Shown one piece after another: positions 37,282-46,166 of a stretch of DNA of 64,000 bases. Origin of the DNA: Spirochaetia bacterium (lineage in GTDB: Bacteria > Spirochaetota > Spirochaetia > DSM-2461). Numbering within the stretch: the first letter of the stretch is position 1; the number at the start of each line of letters is the position of its first letter. The stretch is from positions 2,976,001 through 3,040,000 of the forward strand of contig OY764216.1 in NCBI GenBank assembly GCA_963668315.1. Reading direction: 5' to 3'. Position numbers and translations under genes: made by a program. Below the pieces are notes generated by a model. That model worked only from the letters and a program-made list of their open reading frames with translations, did no database searches and was not told the DNA's origin.

Positions 37282-38042
37282 GAAAGATCGGCATCCTGCT
37301 TTTTTTCGCCGCCCGGTTTGTCCTCTTTTCGCAAACAGCCCAGGACCAGCTTCTGGCCGATGCGGATCAGGCATTCCGGGATAAAAAATACGTAGAGTCT
37401 GCCCTCCTATATCAGGAGGCGGCCGAAAGGGGAGCGGTGAATGGTGAACTTTATTACAACCAGGGGAACAGCTGGTTCATGGCGGGGGAGATACATAAGG
37501 CTCATCTCTCCTATCTGAAAGCGGAGTATCTCAAACCGGGAGACGGCGATATAAAACGGAATCTGAGCTTCATAAGAGCCCTGGGCGGAGAGGAGAAGGG
37601 GAGCAGCAGCAAGGGGGAGCTCCTCAGAGTCCTTTTTTTCTGGCATTACGACCTTTCCCTGCGTCTCAGAGCCCTGATGCTTCTTGTGGTAAACATCCTT
37701 TTCTGGCTCCTGCTGGCCTCTCTTGTCATTGTGAAAAGAAGGGGAAGGACCTTTCCTCTGTGGCCTGCCGTGGTGGCAGGACTGTTTTTATGTGCCTTGC
37801 TGATCTCCATCACGGTGAGCCGTCATAATCTGAATCACCACCCTGCCGGTGTTATCCTCGCGGAAACCGTGGCGAGAAAGGGTGACGGAGAATCCTTTGA
37901 AGAAGCATTCAACAGGCCCCTCGAAGGGGGAACGGAGTTCCGTTTGGAGGAAGACCGTTCCGGTTGGTACCGCATAGAGCTGGCAGACGGTTCGGAAGGG
38001 TGGATCGAAGAGGGCGATGCCGCCCTCGTCAGTTTTCCCTGA
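37278..38042 (+). CDS. batE: BatE family TPR plus SH3 protein
   Basis: LYYNQGN TPR, DIKRNL, GW.RIEL.DG.EGWI SH3b. Confidence 0.82.
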   Translation: MRKIGILLFFAARFVLFSQTAQDQLLADADQAFRDKKYVESALLYQEAAERGAVNGELYYNQGNSWFMAGEIHKAHLSYLKAEYLKPGDGDIKRNLSFIRALGGEEKGSSSKGELLRVLFFWHYDLSLRLRALMLLVVNILFWLLLASLVIVKRRGRTFPLWPAVVAGLFLCALLISITVSRHNLNHHPAGVILAETVARKGDGESFEEAFNRPLEGGTEFRLEEDRSGWYRIELADGSEGWIEEGDAALVSFP

Positions 38043-39690
38043 CAGCGTCTTCCAGGAGGGCTCTCGTCAGTATCTCCGGCAGAACCACCGGTTCCCCGCC
38101 GGGGGGATAGTAAACGTAGAGAGGTACACCGGCCCGATGGAATTTCTGCAGCCACTCATTAATGACCGGATCGGGCAGGGTGAAATCCCCCTTCATATAC
38201 ACAATTCCCTTCTCTTCAAAAAGGGTTCTGCGAAAGTCTCTGTCAAGAACCGCCAGATGATTAGAACGGCAGGTGGCGCACCAGTCGGCGGAAAACTCCA
38301 GAAACAGAGGTTCTCCCTTCATGCGTAACTCTTCCACCCTATCCGGCGAAAACTCAATCCAGTCTCCGCCGGATGAATAACCGGTGCTCCCGATCTCCCC
38401 GGGATCGAGATTGACAAAAAGAAGGAATCCCGCCACGGCGGACAGAAGGGCCGCTCCATAAAGAAGAAACCGGGACCTCTTTCCCCTGCGCTGTCCCAGG
38501 CCGAAGAGCCAGGCGGACAGGGCCAGTATAAGGAAGAACCAGAGAATTCCGGAAAAGTTTCCTCCCAGCTGTCTCTGAAGAACCGACAGAAGATAAACCG
38601 AAGTTCCCGCCAGAAGAAATCCCATGACCTCCCTGAAACGGTTCATCCATTCCCCCGGTCTGGGCAGTTTGTTTACAAGGCCCGGATTAAGCCCCAGGAG
38701 AATAAAGGGAAGGGCAAGGCCCAGCCCTATAAGTATAAAGAAAACCAGGATAAGCCATCCGGGCTGCATAAAGGCGAAGCCCAGGGCGGAACCGAGAAGG
38801 GGCGCCGTACAGGGAGTCGCCAGTAGAACGGCCATGACTCCTGTGAAAAAGGACCCGCCGTATCCTCCCTGGCTTCCCGCGGCAGCCTGGCCGGCTTTCT
38901 GCGGCGGATTGATGAAATAAACCTCAAACAGGCTCAGGGAAAAGAGAAAGACCAGAGATGCCAGTATGAGGACGAAAAGGGGATTTTGAAATTGAAACCC
39001 CCAACCCAGTGCCGTACCCGAGGCTTTTATTGTTATCACGATGACGGCCAGGGCGGCCATGGACGCCAGAATCCCTCCGGCGTAGGAAAGACTGTTCAAC
39101 AGGATTTTCCTGCGGCTGTCTCCGCTCTGTCCCACAAGATGGAGGGCTTTCAGGGATAGGACGGGAAGAACGCAGGGCATGATATTCAATATGATTCCGC
39201 CCAGAAAAGCAAAAAGAAGGAAAAGCCACAGAGAGCCGAACGATTCATTATCAGCCAGAAGGGAATTCTCTGATCTGACGGAGTCCAGTTCCACCGTAAC
39301 CGGCCGGAAGCAGGTTCCTGTTTCATCGCAGAGCTGGTAAGACGCTTTGAGGGAAATACTCTCGGGTAGGTTCCCTCTCGAAGGGGACGATAGGGACGCC
39401 TGAAGAACGACCGTCCTCTCATAACCGTCAAAATCCCCATATGAACGGGCGGGAGGATACTGAATCTCGCCCAGAGAAAAGGGGAATTCCCCGTTGAGTG
39501 AAAAGGTGAAGAATGTTCTGTTATCTATCTGATGCAATCCCTCGGGAATCTCATAGCTGACAAGGATGGTTCCCTTTCCCTTATTATTCATATAAAAGGA
39601 GGAGGATACTTTTGCCTCCTGCGAGATAAGGGAAAGGGGAGAAAGGAGGGTTGCCAAAATGATAGATAGAAGCGCTTTTTTATATCTCAT
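38029..39690 (-). CDS. dsbD: DsbD-family thiol:disulfide interchange protein
   Basis: CDETGTC, NIMPCVLP, ATPCTAP, ADWCATC. Confidence 0.9.
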   Translation of the reverse strand: MRYKKALLSIILATLLSPLSLISQEAKVSSSFYMNNKGKGTILVSYEIPEGLHQIDNRTFFTFSLNGEFPFSLGEIQYPPARSYGDFDGYERTVVLQASLSSPSRGNLPESISLKASYQLCDETGTCFRPVTVELDSVRSENSLLADNESFGSLWLFLLFAFLGGIILNIMPCVLPVLSLKALHLVGQSGDSRRKILLNSLSYAGGILASMAALAVIVITIKASGTALGWGFQFQNPLFVLILASLVFLFSLSLFEVYFINPPQKAGQAAAGSQGGYGGSFFTGVMAVLLATPCTAPLLGSALGFAFMQPGWLILVFFILIGLGLALPFILLGLNPGLVNKLPRPGEWMNRFREVMGFLLAGTSVYLLSVLQRQLGGNFSGILWFFLILALSAWLFGLGQRRGKRSRFLLYGAALLSAVAGFLLFVNLDPGEIGSTGYSSGGDWIEFSPDRVEELRMKGEPLFLEFSADWCATCRSNHLAVLDRDFRRTLFEEKGIVYMKGDFTLPDPVINEWLQKFHRAGVPLYVYYPPGGEPVVLPEILTRALLEDAVREN

Positions 39691-39743
39691 AAATTGAATA
39701 TAGCGTGAAAAAATATTTTTTTCAAGATTTATTTTAAGACCTA

Positions 39744-39772
39744 TTGACGAAAAATATCCCCTGTGTTATATT
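39744..39772 (+). promoter_or_regulatory. Sigma70 promoter of tRNA-Val
   Basis: TTGACG-N17-TATATT. Confidence 0.65.
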
Positions 39773-39790
39773 GCCATCAGCAATTAACAA

Positions 39791-39863
39791 GGGCGATTAG
39801 CTCAGTTGGGAGAGCGTCTGGTTTACACCCAGGATGTCGGCGGTTCGAGCCCGTCATCGCCCA
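39791..39863 (+). tRNA. tRNA-Val (TAC)
   Basis: Acceptor GGGCGAT/ATCGCCC, D-arm AGCTCAGTTGGGAGAGC, anticodon loop TTTACAC, GGTTCGAGCCC; CCA not encoded. Confidence 0.97.
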
Positions 39864-39905
39864 TACTTAATCCTTTTAATTGCAAAGGATTAGATTCAAT
39901 ATATG

Positions 39906-39940
39906 AAGACCGGTTTTCCTATGATTACCGGTCTTTTTAT
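39906..39940 (+). terminator. Terminator after tRNA-Val
   Basis: AAGACCGGT...ACCGGTCTT plus T tract. Confidence 0.65.
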
Positions 39941-40060
39941 TTATAATTATCCCCTCTCTGTCATCAGCTGTTTATTCCTCTCCTCAGATTTTTTATTTTT
40001 TTGGGGAATAAAAATGAAATCCCGTGTTTTATATCGTATAGTAGATAGATAGAGGCTCAT

Positions 40061-41383
40061 ATGAAATTCGTTAAAGATATGAATCCTTTTACCCTCTCAT
40101 TCAGGGGAAGTCGTGCTTCCCTCGAGAAGGAATATCTTAACGATACCATTGTCAAATCACTCAAAAGAATCAGGGTCGTCATAATTCTCACCACCTTTCT
40201 CTACGGCTTCTTCGGTCTGCTCGACGGCTTTATGGTTCAGAATGCCTTAGGAGTTGTCTGGATCATCCGTTATGCCGTTGTCATCCCCTGCGCCATTCTG
40301 ATGTATCTTCTGTCCTATGGTAAGAATTTTACCCACCATTCCCAGCTCCTGCTGTTTCTCATTTCATACCTGGGTGCCGTCGGCATTATTCTGATGATCA
40401 TTGCGGCTGGTCAGTCTCCCGCATCCTCTTCCTATTATGTCGGACTGATTCTGATAATCATCACCCTCACCTTCGGGTTTCAGCTGCTGTTCCCCTGGGC
40501 TTTTTTCTGTACATTCATGATCGTCCTGACCTATGAGTTCGGCATTCTGGTCTATGGGACACTATCCCCCCAGATGCAATTAAATAATCAGTTTTTCTTC
40601 CTATCATCCGTACTCGTCTGTCTGGCCGCCGGTTATCTGAACGAGATCAATCAGCGTCAGCGCTATCTTTTCAGTCATCTTCTGGATCAGGAAAAAATAA
40701 AAAGTAAAGAACAGAAGAAGAAAATGGAAATTCTGGGCTCCCTTTCCGGTGGGATCGTCCATGATTTAAACAATATGCTTACTTCCCTTCAGGGGTACAG
40801 CGAATTGTCTCTCCATGAAACGGAAAAAGATTCCCCCGCCTACTCCTACCAGGAAGAGATTTTCCGGGTGACCAACAGAGCGCAGACTATGACGAGGGAG
40901 ATATTATCCTTCTTAAGAGATGAGTCCGTTGTTCTGAAACCTGTCAATCTACGGGACGTTTTCAGCAATGTCGAGAAATATGTCACCCCCCTCCTCAAAC
41001 CTTCCATCGATTTTTCCTTTACCATTGAAACGGAGAATAAACTCTGGTCCGATGATAATCAGCTTCACCGCATACTCATGAATCTTTGCACCAATTCTCT
41101 CCAGGCCATGGAGGAGAGGGGCGGCCGATTGATTCTCGTGGGGGAAGAAACGGCATCGGGGGAGATACGAATAGGGGTCAATGATACGGGTACGGGGATT
41201 CTGGACAGCGACAGGGAGCGGATCTTTGAGCCCTGCTATACGACAAAGGGGCATGACTCGGGAACAGGTCTGGGGCTTTATGTGGTAAGGGAGCTGGTAG
41301 AGAGTCTGAAAGGGAGACTGGAAATGCGGAGTGAATCGGGAAGGGGGACGGAATTTTCCCTTTTCTTCCCCGCGGCAAGATAA
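40061..41383 (+). CDS. Membrane sensor histidine kinase
   Basis: About 6 TM; H-box GIVHDLNN; NLCTNS; DTGTG; GTGLGL. Confidence 0.9.
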   Translation: MKFVKDMNPFTLSFRGSRASLEKEYLNDTIVKSLKRIRVVIILTTFLYGFFGLLDGFMVQNALGVVWIIRYAVVIPCAILMYLLSYGKNFTHHSQLLLFLISYLGAVGIILMIIAAGQSPASSSYYVGLILIIITLTFGFQLLFPWAFFCTFMIVLTYEFGILVYGTLSPQMQLNNQFFFLSSVLVCLAAGYLNEINQRQRYLFSHLLDQEKIKSKEQKKKMEILGSLSGGIVHDLNNMLTSLQGYSELSLHETEKDSPAYSYQEEIFRVTNRAQTMTREILSFLRDESVVLKPVNLRDVFSNVEKYVTPLLKPSIDFSFTIETENKLWSDDNQLHRILMNLCTNSLQAMEERGGRLILVGEETASGEIRIGVNDTGTGILDSDRERIFEPCYTTKGHDSGTGLGLYVVRELVESLKGRLEMRSESGRGTEFSLFFPAAR

Positions 41384-41386
41384 TGA

Positions 41387-43165
41387 TCAGCTGCCGAGTT
41401 TATTGATTTCCCTGTCCAGATCTCCCGCCGTCTCGATATTTTCCTCGCTGAGTTTCTCCATGGCCCTTGATCCCTGGAGAAGCTGATTGACGGCATGAAG
41501 CATCTCTTCCGTCTCTCCTCTCACTGTTTTCTGGCTGCTGTTGATGCTGTCCATCAGAGAGGTTATCTCACCGCTCCTCCCCTTGGCCAATTCCGTTTCC
41601 CTGTGAACGGACGATGCTTCCCCTCTGACGGAGTCCACCAGGGTAAAGAAATCTGTCACCGCTTTTCCGATTCTGCTGTTTGTCGATTGAAGATCCTCCA
41701 CGGCGGATTCGGCTCTCATGTTCTCCTGGATCAGTTTTTTCAGGGAGAGCTGGTTCTCATTCTCTTCTTCTGCCATCAGGGCGAGCTTATCGTTTAGTGA
41801 GCCGAGGAGGGATGATATGGTGAGGACATTCTTACGGACCTTAACGGAAAGGTTTCCCATTTCTCCGGCCACGACGGCGAACCCCCTGCCCTGATAGCCG
41901 GATCGGGCCGCCTCAATGGAGGCATTAATCGCCAGTATATCCGTTTTGTCGGCAAGATCTTCAATGGAAAGAATGGCGTCGGCAATGGAGGAGGACTGGA
42001 GTATCATCTCTTCAATCTGTTCCTTGAGCAGATCGAGGATTCTTTTGCTGTTCAGCGACTCTTCTTTGACCTTAGTCGTCAGACTGACCTGCTGCGTTAC
42101 GGCCGTCTCCTGTGATACCAGCGATTCCCGGATTTTTTCCCCCTGCCGAGTCATCCGTGTTATCCCATCTTCCAGGGAACCGGTGTGATCTTCCAGGTTT
42201 TCCATAGCCCGGGCTATTTCACGCATCTCTCCGAGTGAACTGTCGACCTGGCCCGTGATCTCTTCCGATCTGCCGTTGACGGCACTGAGGCTCCGGTGGA
42301 GCTGCTGGGAGGCCGCCGCGTGTTCCAGAGCCAGACGGTTGAGCCTTTCTCCCATGTTCACCTGGTCCGCTGCTATCCCCTTCAAAGACTGATGCCTTCT
42401 GCTGAGGTTTTCCATAAACAGGTTGAAGTTTTTTCTGAGTTGGGTTATTTCGTCGTTGCCCCGTTCGGGCATGGAAGCATCGAGAGAGCCGCTGCCGTCG
42501 GCCAGTTCGCCCAGGAAATGTCTCGTACGGTTGATATGTTTCAGGGAACGGAGGAGAATGAGATGGCTGGCAAGGAAATACAGTATGAGGAGAGCGGCGG
42601 CAGAGGGGAGGCCGATTCTGTTGAAAAACCGTTCCTGATCAATCTGCCGGGAGAGATCGTCACTGATAATATCGTTCAGCCTTTTCTCTATGCCGTTCAT
42701 GCGGGTGTTGAGCCCGGCGAGTTCAGTATAGATCAGCCGGTCAATAATGCCCTCCCTGAGGGGGATATGGGAGTAGAGTGGCTCCATGAGTTCCGTTCGG
42801 CAAAGCTCGGAAAGATCCGCCCCCTCTCTCTGCAGAGTGAGAAAATCCTCCGAGAGGGAAGGGGCGGCGGGGATGAGTTTTCCGAGGTTCTCCACTTCTC
42901 TGGACAGATGGGTTTCGGACATACGGTAATTGATGATCCTGTCCCCGCTGATATCTCCTGTCCTGATCAGGTCGACGCTGTAGAGTATCTGAGTAATGGC
43001 CGTAACCTGATAGCTGTTCAGCTGAACAAGTGCCTGCTGGTGTTTCTGCATTTTGCGGGACAGGGCCGTACTGTTATGCAGTTGAATAAGAATAAGGAAG
43101 CCTATGGCTCCCACCGTCAGCAGGCCGAATATGCCCAGCAGAGTCGATTGTTTTCTGATTTTCAT
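41387..43165 (-). CDS. Methyl-accepting chemotaxis protein
   Basis: 2 TM, HAMP, LAINASIEAARSG..GRGFAVVA signature. Confidence 0.92.
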   Translation of the reverse strand: MKIRKQSTLLGIFGLLTVGAIGFLILIQLHNSTALSRKMQKHQQALVQLNSYQVTAITQILYSVDLIRTGDISGDRIINYRMSETHLSREVENLGKLIPAAPSLSEDFLTLQREGADLSELCRTELMEPLYSHIPLREGIIDRLIYTELAGLNTRMNGIEKRLNDIISDDLSRQIDQERFFNRIGLPSAAALLILYFLASHLILLRSLKHINRTRHFLGELADGSGSLDASMPERGNDEITQLRKNFNLFMENLSRRHQSLKGIAADQVNMGERLNRLALEHAAASQQLHRSLSAVNGRSEEITGQVDSSLGEMREIARAMENLEDHTGSLEDGITRMTRQGEKIRESLVSQETAVTQQVSLTTKVKEESLNSKRILDLLKEQIEEMILQSSSIADAILSIEDLADKTDILAINASIEAARSGYQGRGFAVVAGEMGNLSVKVRKNVLTISSLLGSLNDKLALMAEEENENQLSLKKLIQENMRAESAVEDLQSTNSRIGKAVTDFFTLVDSVRGEASSVHRETELAKGRSGEITSLMDSINSSQKTVRGETEEMLHAVNQLLQGSRAMEKLSEENIETAGDLDREINKLGS

Positions 43166-43341
43166 TTTTAAATAACTCCTGTTCTTACCATTCAGCTATA
43201 TGATTGTCAGATCTTTGTTAGGAATGGGTTAGGAACGCTGGAAAAGAAGCTCTTTTGGAAAAATCCCTCACCTTTTTTTCTGGCCCCCTTTTCTTGACAT
43301 TTGAACAGATTATGATAAAATGTCCAAATAAAGGAGATGAG

Positions 43342-45273
43342 ATGAAAGAGACTGTTGTAACAATGCTTACTCAGGCGGCGGAAAAATACGGAACCATGCC
43401 CTATGTCTGTCAGAAAACGGGACAGGGAGAGGGGGCCTGGCATGAATGGAGTTTCGCCGATGTAGACCGGGAATCGGATTATTTTGCCGCGGCCCTGATC
43501 GAAAAGGGCTTCGCCGCCGGGGATTCCATCGCTCTCCTATCCGAAGGCCGCTACAACTGGATTATTGCCGAGTTCGGTGTTCTCAAAGCCCGCTGTTACT
43601 CTGTTCCTCTTTCTTCCAAGCTGAAGGAGGGGGAGATTCCCTTCAGGCTGAATCATTCCGAGTCAAAGGCCGTTATCCTCTCCGAATATACCCTAGAAAG
43701 TGTCGCCGGTATGGCAGGTGAACTGCAGGAAAAGCCCCTGTTTCTCATATTAAGCAACGATACGGATCTGACGGAACGTCTCTGCGGGAAATACGGACTG
43801 GAAAGAGGGACGGATTTAATCGGCTATGAGGAGTTCATCGCCCTGGGCAAGAACAGCAGCGAGGAGACCAAAGGTGAACTGGCCAGGCGCAAAGAGCAGA
43901 TTGAGGAGGATGACGTTGTCACTATCTCCTATACTTCCGGCACAACGGGAAATCCCAAGGGCATCATGCTCACCCACAAAAATTACTGGGTAAACAGCCA
44001 TGATGCGGTTCAGATCGTTGATATCCCCGAAGGAGTAGGGTCTCTCATTATCCTGCCCCTTGACCACTCTTTTGCCCATACGGTGGGAATATATATCAGC
44101 CTGCTTCGGGGATTGTCCATGAGTTTCATTGACAATCGCGGAGGAGGAATGGCTTCCCTGCGAAATCTGACAGTCAACCTGAAGGAAAGAAATCCCTATT
44201 TTCTTCTTACCGTACCTGCTCTATCCGGTAATTTCATGAAGAAGATGAAAGAGGGGATCGAAAGCCAGAGCCCCTTTGTCAGAAGACTTTTTGAAAAGGG
44301 CGTCGAGTGGGGAATCAAGATCAAGGGTAATGGATATAACCGTACGCCCCTGGGGGTTAAAATCGCCGGGTTCATTCCCTATAAACTGGCTTCCCTGCTC
44401 GTATTCCCCAAGCTAAGACAGGTCTTCGGAAACAGTATTACTTTCTGCGTGGGCGGCGGCGCCCTCCTGGAGGTGAAGCAGCAGGAGTTTTACAGCGCCA
44501 TAGGGCTGCCCGTTTATCAGGGCTACGGTCTGACGGAAGCGGCCCCCATTATCTGCGCCAATTCACCCAGAAAGGTGAAATTCGGTTCATCCGGTGTCAT
44601 CATGCCCTCTGTGGAGTGCCGTATCATGGCCTCTGATGAAGACGAGGCGGCTCCCGGAGAGGCCGGTGAGATCGTCATCCGGGGCGGAAACGTTATGAAG
44701 GGCTATTTTAAAAATCCCGAAGCCACGGCGGAGGCTCTCAGGGACGGCTGGCTCTGGACGGGCGATCTGGGATATATGGACGAGGACGGTTTCCTTGTCG
44801 TCACCGGCAGGGCGAAAGCTCTCCTCATCTCGGCGGACGGGGAAAAATACTCTCCCGAAGAGATCGAAGAGGCTGTGGTAAATTCCTGTGATCTGGTGGA
44901 TCAGATCATGGTCTATAACGATATGAAAAAATACACCACCGGATTAATTACCCTGAATGACCAGAATGTGAGAAAGCTGGTGAAGGAGAAGGGAATTGGG
45001 AATGTCGACGAACTCCTCAAGGCCCTTCATGAATCCGTCTATGCCTTCAAGAAGGAGGGACGAATCTCTCCCCTGTGGATCCCCTCGACCTTCGCCATCA
45101 TAGGAGAGACCTTTTCAGAGGATCAGGGGCTTATCAACTCCACCCTCAAGCTGGTCAGACACAAAGTGGTGGAATACTATAAGGACAGGATTGAAGGCAT
45201 GTATACCGGAGAGGAAGGCACCGATTTCTTCAATGCGAAGAATGGGGAAGCGGTTAAAAAGTATCTTCCCTGA
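43342..45273 (+). CDS. Long-chain fatty acid--CoA ligase
   Basis: YTSGTTGNPKG, QGYGLTE, TGDLG; ATG 43342 after AAGGAG; upstream TTGACA-N16-TAAAAT. Confidence 0.92.
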   Translation: MKETVVTMLTQAAEKYGTMPYVCQKTGQGEGAWHEWSFADVDRESDYFAAALIEKGFAAGDSIALLSEGRYNWIIAEFGVLKARCYSVPLSSKLKEGEIPFRLNHSESKAVILSEYTLESVAGMAGELQEKPLFLILSNDTDLTERLCGKYGLERGTDLIGYEEFIALGKNSSEETKGELARRKEQIEEDDVVTISYTSGTTGNPKGIMLTHKNYWVNSHDAVQIVDIPEGVGSLIILPLDHSFAHTVGIYISLLRGLSMSFIDNRGGGMASLRNLTVNLKERNPYFLLTVPALSGNFMKKMKEGIESQSPFVRRLFEKGVEWGIKIKGNGYNRTPLGVKIAGFIPYKLASLLVFPKLRQVFGNSITFCVGGGALLEVKQQEFYSAIGLPVYQGYGLTEAAPIICANSPRKVKFGSSGVIMPSVECRIMASDEDEAAPGEAGEIVIRGGNVMKGYFKNPEATAEALRDGWLWTGDLGYMDEDGFLVVTGRAKALLISADGEKYSPEEIEEAVVNSCDLVDQIMVYNDMKKYTTGLITLNDQNVRKLVKEKGIGNVDELLKALHESVYAFKKEGRISPLWIPSTFAIIGETFSEDQGLINSTLKLVRHKVVEYYKDRIEGMYTGEEGTDFFNAKNGEAVKKYLP

Positions 45274-45283
45274 GGGGAGATTG

Positions 45284-45607
45284 CTACCGCCAGATACCTA
45301 TGATCTCACGAAGGGGTACCAGGGCCGACATATTGGCCTCCTCGGTGAAGTGAAAACCGAAGTTGACCAGAGCGGCTTCCCTTTTCACCCAGCGGATGGT
45401 ACCCCTTACGTAGAATGAGTCGATTTTCAGTGACTCCTCCGGTATTAGCCTCACGTTTACCGGATCTCCCTTGTTTATGTCCGGCTGTCCGAAAAGGGCA
45501 ATTTTCATACCCCGGGACGTAATATCCCTGACCTGGCCGGAATGGCCGTTGGCAAAAGCCCTTATAAAGCAGATATCCCTGTCGTCGGTCCTTGTTTTTT
45601 TAGTCAT
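45284..45607 (-). CDS. Stand-alone PilZ domain protein
   Basis: RTDDR (RxxxR) and DITSRG (DxxxxG), G.IRWV. Confidence 0.7.
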   Translation of the reverse strand: MTKKTRTDDRDICFIRAFANGHSGQVRDITSRGMKIALFGQPDINKGDPVNVRLIPEESLKIDSFYVRGTIRWVKREAALVNFGFHFTEEANMSALVPLREIIGIWR

Positions 45608-46124
45608 ACCAGTTAATCCCCATGGTAACGATCGTTCCTTCCGTTGTATCCCCTTCGTAACGGCTCGTGCGTTTCCCCTTGCTGTGGAACTGAAGGCTGA
45701 ACGTATCGGCCAGCTGCCGGGCCGTCAGAATCCCCATGCCGAATCTTTTATACTCATACTTCTCCCGGTAACGCTGGAAGGAGGGACTTTCCAGATCCAC
45801 TTCGGTCGGAGGGCGGTTCAGGTCGTAGGGAAGTATGGCCGGATCGAATCCTCCGCCCGAATCTTTGATCTCGATATGAAGATACTCCTCCCTGGCGGAG
45901 AACTTCAGACGTATCGGCTTATGGCTGTTTCCCCTCTCCCTCTGGGCTCTGAGCGAATTATTAATCAGCTCAATGGTGGAGTAGAGAATGTGTTCTTCCC
46001 GGTCCCGAGAAATGCCCGATTGGACGAGATTTATATATTTTAATATTGCATTGAGTGGCGCTTTGTCCGATATATTAAAAATGAGGTTCCTGTACATTTC
46101 TGTTTTATAGATCAAATGATGCAT
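45600..46124 (-). CDS. RsbW-like anti-sigma kinase / HATPase domain protein
   Basis: ELINNS, IKDSGGGFD, GMGI. Confidence 0.75.
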   Translation of the reverse strand: MHHLIYKTEMYRNLIFNISDKAPLNAILKYINLVQSGISRDREEHILYSTIELINNSLRAQRERGNSHKPIRLKFSAREEYLHIEIKDSGGGFDPAILPYDLNRPPTEVDLESPSFQRYREKYEYKRFGMGILTARQLADTFSLQFHSKGKRTSRYEGDTTEGTIVTMGINWYD

Positions 46125-46166
46125 GGCCTGTTCTTTATTATAGCTTATAAAACAAGGAATTCAATC

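Noticed and set aside
12787..39745. Shared 13-mer TTTAAGACCTATT near the tyrS leader and the tRNA-Val promoter
   Set aside because: Different position relative to each promoter, only two AT-rich copies; chance cannot be excluded
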